The position numbers were made by a program, and so were the translations under genes. Shown piece after piece: positions 60,709 through 64,000 of a stretch of DNA of 64,000 bases. Source of the DNA: Candidatus Nanohaloarchaea archaeon (GTDB lineage: Archaea; Nanohalarchaeota; Nanosalinia; Nanosalinales; Nanosalinaceae); assembly GCA_013343275.1 (NCBI GenBank), contig CP046106.1, forward strand, positions 832,001-896,000, read 5' to 3'. The notes under the pieces are model-generated. The model had not been told where the DNA came from, made no database searches, and saw nothing but the letters and a program-made list of their open reading frames with translations. The stretch's first letter is position 1, and each line of letters starts with the position of its first letter.

Positions 60709-62115
60709 TTAATTTTCTTTCGAACCTATCTCGTGACCTAGTTCGTTCTCCTTCTTTTCCGGGTTTAGATAGGTCTTGACCTTTCTGAATAGGTGGAGAA
60801 TAGACTTACCTGTCTTGTATATCATTGCCAGTGTGGAGATTGTAATGAGAGCTATCCATGCGATCATTTTTCTTACTCTACTAGATGCCTCCTGATCACT
60901 TATCATGTTCTGTTTCCACTTGCTGTAAATTTCTGCGTTTGATTCAAGCTGTTCGGCTTCTTTTTGGAAAGCTTGCCTGTGTGATTCAGAAATATTACCT
61001 AAGAAATCCTCCTGTTTAACTAGTTCTACCTGTAGTTCATCGATCCTCAATCTTGCGGCCAGAATTCTCTGGTCAAGTTCGTTAAAGAGGTTTGAAACAG
61101 CATCTCCAAGTACTGGTAGGCTGCTTACCTCTTTTTCTATGTTTTCTACTCCAGATGCTATATCTCCAAGTGTTTTATCGAGTTGCTTTGTCTTTTCCTG
61201 GAATTTATCTAGAGACTTTTGCGTGGCCTGTAGGTCCTCTGTTAACTTGTGGTAGTCTGTTTCTCCTGTTTCTCCGTATTCCTGGAATCTTTCTGCCAAG
61301 CTCTTACCGTTCTTCAGAAGCGAGGACGTAACAGACTTCCATTCTTCTAGCTCGCTATCCAGACCTCTAATAGAATCTACCACTATATCTAGTGAGGGAC
61401 TAGCTAATGTTGCTGCGTCCCAGACTGTTCGTCCTGTAGAAAACCCGCTATAACTTATTTCTGTCTCTTTCATCCTTTCAACTATGTTGAGAATTGCAGA
61501 TGTAGTTGACTCAATTTTAACCACATGAGTTTTCGTTTCATTCGCGGTCTGAAGTATGCTCTCTAGGTTCTGCTCTACTTTAGGGCTATATGAGCTCCTT
61601 AATGCCTCTCTATAGGCAAGAATGTTTATGGCTTTAGAAGCTGCCTTCTCAGATCTTATAAATACTAATTCATGCCCATTTTGTTTCAGAACTTGCCTCT
61701 CAGTTGAATTAAATGTAGCGTTGACAGAATAACGCCATGCCATGAACGCCAGGGCCTGCTCTGCTTCTTTGCCAGTAACAATACCCTGTGAGGATACAAC
61801 TTTTGTTCTATCTGCTCTATCCCAGGAGTTATTGATCAGGTAGAGTGCGTAACTGGTGCCGTTGAACCCAATATCGTATATCAGTTCCACCTCCTGATCC
61901 TTGAAAACTTGCTTTTTAGGGGGCTGTATTTTTGTCATGTTGGCTTCATTACTGAAACTGTAAGAAGTGAAGCTCTGCATAGGAACCTCTAATGGGTCAT
62001 ATCGGCTATCTCTGTGAGGTAACGCAGGTCCCGATCTTGCACCTCCTCCTAGCATGAAAGAGGCTGAAACTACGTTCGCCAAAACGAAGATAATAAACGC
62101 TGAAATCCACCGCAT
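60709..62115 (-). CDS. membrane-anchored coiled-coil hypothetical protein
   Basis: N-terminal signal, heptads, C-terminal TM. Confidence 0.7.
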   Translation of the reverse strand: MRWISAFIIFVLANVVSASFMLGGGARSGPALPHRDSRYDPLEVPMQSFTSYSFSNEANMTKIQPPKKQVFKDQEVELIYDIGFNGTSYALYLINNSWDRADRTKVVSSQGIVTGKEAEQALAFMAWRYSVNATFNSTERQVLKQNGHELVFIRSEKAASKAINILAYREALRSSYSPKVEQNLESILQTANETKTHVVKIESTTSAILNIVERMKETEISYSGFSTGRTVWDAATLASPSLDIVVDSIRGLDSELEEWKSVTSSLLKNGKSLAERFQEYGETGETDYHKLTEDLQATQKSLDKFQEKTKQLDKTLGDIASGVENIEKEVSSLPVLGDAVSNLFNELDQRILAARLRIDELQVELVKQEDFLGNISESHRQAFQKEAEQLESNAEIYSKWKQNMISDQEASSRVRKMIAWIALITISTLAMIYKTGKSILHLFRKVKTYLNPEKKENELGHEIGSKEN

Positions 62116-62322
62116 ACGAGGTTTTCACCTCTATGAATGGTAATTAGGTTCAAGGAATTAATTTTTAATGGCTCTGAATAAATTTCCTGAATGAAGAATC
62201 TTGAAAGTTTTTAGGAGAGTGCTTGGAAAAATCAAAGACTAAATATCTTGATAGGCAAATCCCCTATATGCCATCAGCTTGCGGAAAAGTGTCAGAAAGA
62301 GAAAATAAGAAGGTGTAGAATA

Positions 62323-63453
62323 GTGAAGCTCTACGAACATGAGGCCAAGGACATACTGAAGGAGCACGGTCTTGATATCCCTGAAAGAGGACTTAGCGAA
62401 GAAGAAAGAGAGTATGTTGTGAAGGCGCAGGTGTTTGCCAACAACAGAAGGGAGAAAGGAGGGATAAAGTTTGCCAAGAACAGGAAAGAGGCCGAAGCTG
62501 AAAAACAGGAGATGATCGGCGGTAGACTGGACACACAGGAAGTAAAAAATGTCTTAGTGGAGGAACAGCTAGATTTCACCGAAGAATACTACGTTTCATT
62601 CATATACGATACGGATACACGTAAACCAGCAATGATATTCTCTGGAGAAGGCGGAACAGGTATTGAAGATAGAGAGGCCTCAAAGCTTCCTCTTGAAGAT
62701 GGCTCGCAGTTCCGCTTCCGACAGTTCCTGAAGGAGCAGGGATTCGAAGGTAAGGAGGTCGTCAAGCTAGGAATAACTCTGCAGAAACTTTTCCAGACCT
62801 TTCTGGATGAAGATGCTCGACTTCTTGAGGTAAACCCTTTGGCGAAGACTGAGGAAGGCTATGTTGTTCTGGATGCGATGATGGATCTTGACGACGACGC
62901 CAAGTACCGCCACGACCGTAATCTACCGGAAAGATCAGATCTAGGAAGAGAGAAAACTGAGAGGGAACTCAGGGCCGAGAAAATAGATGAAGATGATCAC
63001 AGGGGAGTAGCAGGTAAATACACGGAACTTGACGGCGATATCGGAATGATGCTGGCAGGTGGTGGTGCAAGCCTGACAAACATGGATGCATTAATCGAGT
63101 ACGGTGGAGAACCGGCAAACTATACAGAGTACGGAGGCAACCCTCCTACAGAAAAAGTATACAGACTTTCTAAAGTAATAATGTCGAAAGAGCTGAACGG
63201 CCTCTGGCATGTAGGTGGAACAGCCAACAACACAGATATTCTGAGAACTATGAAAGGTTTCGTGCAGGCTCTGGAGGAAGAGCAGCCAGACTACCCAATA
63301 GTAGTACGCAGGGATGGACCTCACGCAGATGAAGCCTTTGAGCTTCTCCGGGAGAAAAAAGAGGAACTAGATCTAAATATGAAGCTTTACAGGAACGATA
63401 CTCCGATGACAAAAACCGCTGAAGTATTAATGGAGATGGTGGAAGAGGAATGA
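62323..63453 (+). CDS. ATP-citrate lyase beta-like (ATP-grasp plus citrate-binding) subunit
   Basis: MKLYEHEAK, AGGGAS, PANYTEYGGNP, GGTANNTD, VRRDGP. Confidence 0.8.
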   Translation: MKLYEHEAKDILKEHGLDIPERGLSEEEREYVVKAQVFANNRREKGGIKFAKNRKEAEAEKQEMIGGRLDTQEVKNVLVEEQLDFTEEYYVSFIYDTDTRKPAMIFSGEGGTGIEDREASKLPLEDGSQFRFRQFLKEQGFEGKEVVKLGITLQKLFQTFLDEDARLLEVNPLAKTEEGYVVLDAMMDLDDDAKYRHDRNLPERSDLGREKTERELRAEKIDEDDHRGVAGKYTELDGDIGMMLAGGGASLTNMDALIEYGGEPANYTEYGGNPPTEKVYRLSKVIMSKELNGLWHVGGTANNTDILRTMKGFVQALEEEQPDYPIVVRRDGPHADEAFELLREKKEELDLNMKLYRNDTPMTKTAEVLMEMVEEE

Positions 63454-64000
63454 GTCAGATAGCGGTATTTGATATAGGAGATACCCTGGTTCCTTCGCAC
63501 CGGAAGATAAATCAGGTTATACAGGAAGTAGTGGGAGATGCTCCGGAAATAGACATCAACAAGTACAACGTATACGTACCGGAGCAGATGAATCAGTGGC
63601 TGGAGGAAAACGGTATTGAGGCATCGGGAGAAGAGATCACGAACGAGTACCTTGAATGGAAGACTCAGTACCTGAAAAGCAAGGTAATACCGAAACTGAA
63701 GGAAATCAATCGGGAGTACGGCCCAATAGGGTTCATAAGCGACAACTCGGTACCGGCCAAAAAGTTCTACGCAGAAAACTTCCGCAGCGAAGGACTGGAA
63801 TACGAAGGATTTGTAGTATCCTCGGAAGTAGGAGTTGAGAAGCCAGACTCCAAAATCTTTGAAACCTTTGTAGAGCAGAGAGAAGAAACTCCGGAACAGA
63901 TGACCTACTTCGGAAACTACGTGGACAGAGATAAAGCAGCTGAAAAAGTAGGTATGAACTTCGTATGGGTGAAACAGCACTACACATTCGGATCATCCAC
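63450..64000 (+). CDS. HAD-family hydrolase (runs off the window)
   Basis: AVFDIGDTL motif I, EVGVEKPD, DKAAEKVGM. Confidence 0.85.
   Translation, partial: MSQIAVFDIGDTLVPSHRKINQVIQEVVGDAPEIDINKYNVYVPEQMNQWLEENGIEASGEEITNEYLEWKTQYLKSKVIPKLKEINREYGPIGFISDNSVPAKKFYAENFRSEGLEYEGFVVSSEVGVEKPDSKIFETFVEQREETPEQMTYFGNYVDRDKAAEKVGMNFVWVKQHYTFGSS

Overview
Archaeal chromosome segment with a very acidic proteome, tightly packed genes and archaeal 16S/23S rRNA, most consistent with a nanohaloarchaeon (DPANN); this is inferred from the sequence alone. Housekeeping content: trm5, dph5, alba, gpmI, fen1, EF-1beta, msrB, NMD3, aIF1A-RIO1-KH-top6B-top6A, dhs, argS, an arginase-family gene, Sec61beta, lipoate ligases, PduO, an ACL-beta-like gene, 7 tRNAs and RNase P RNA. 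The 16S and 23S genes are separated by protein genes and each has its own copy of a promoter. Best leads: (1) a 9-gene cluster of uncharacterised membrane/coiled-coil proteins (4.4-11.2 kb) with internal paralogy, next to a type IV pilus ATPase/platform locus with about 13 pilin-like genes; one cluster protein shares a motif with a metallopeptidase-like cargo gene in a tRNA-Leu island, which suggests a possible host-interaction/export system; (2) a stand-alone phosphothreonine-lyase-like (LanKC N-terminal/OspF-type) gene; (3) an unannotated dual-guide box C/D sRNA whose D+5 positions fall on 23S U2552 and U2504; (4) a strongly iterated AGGCCT palindrome.
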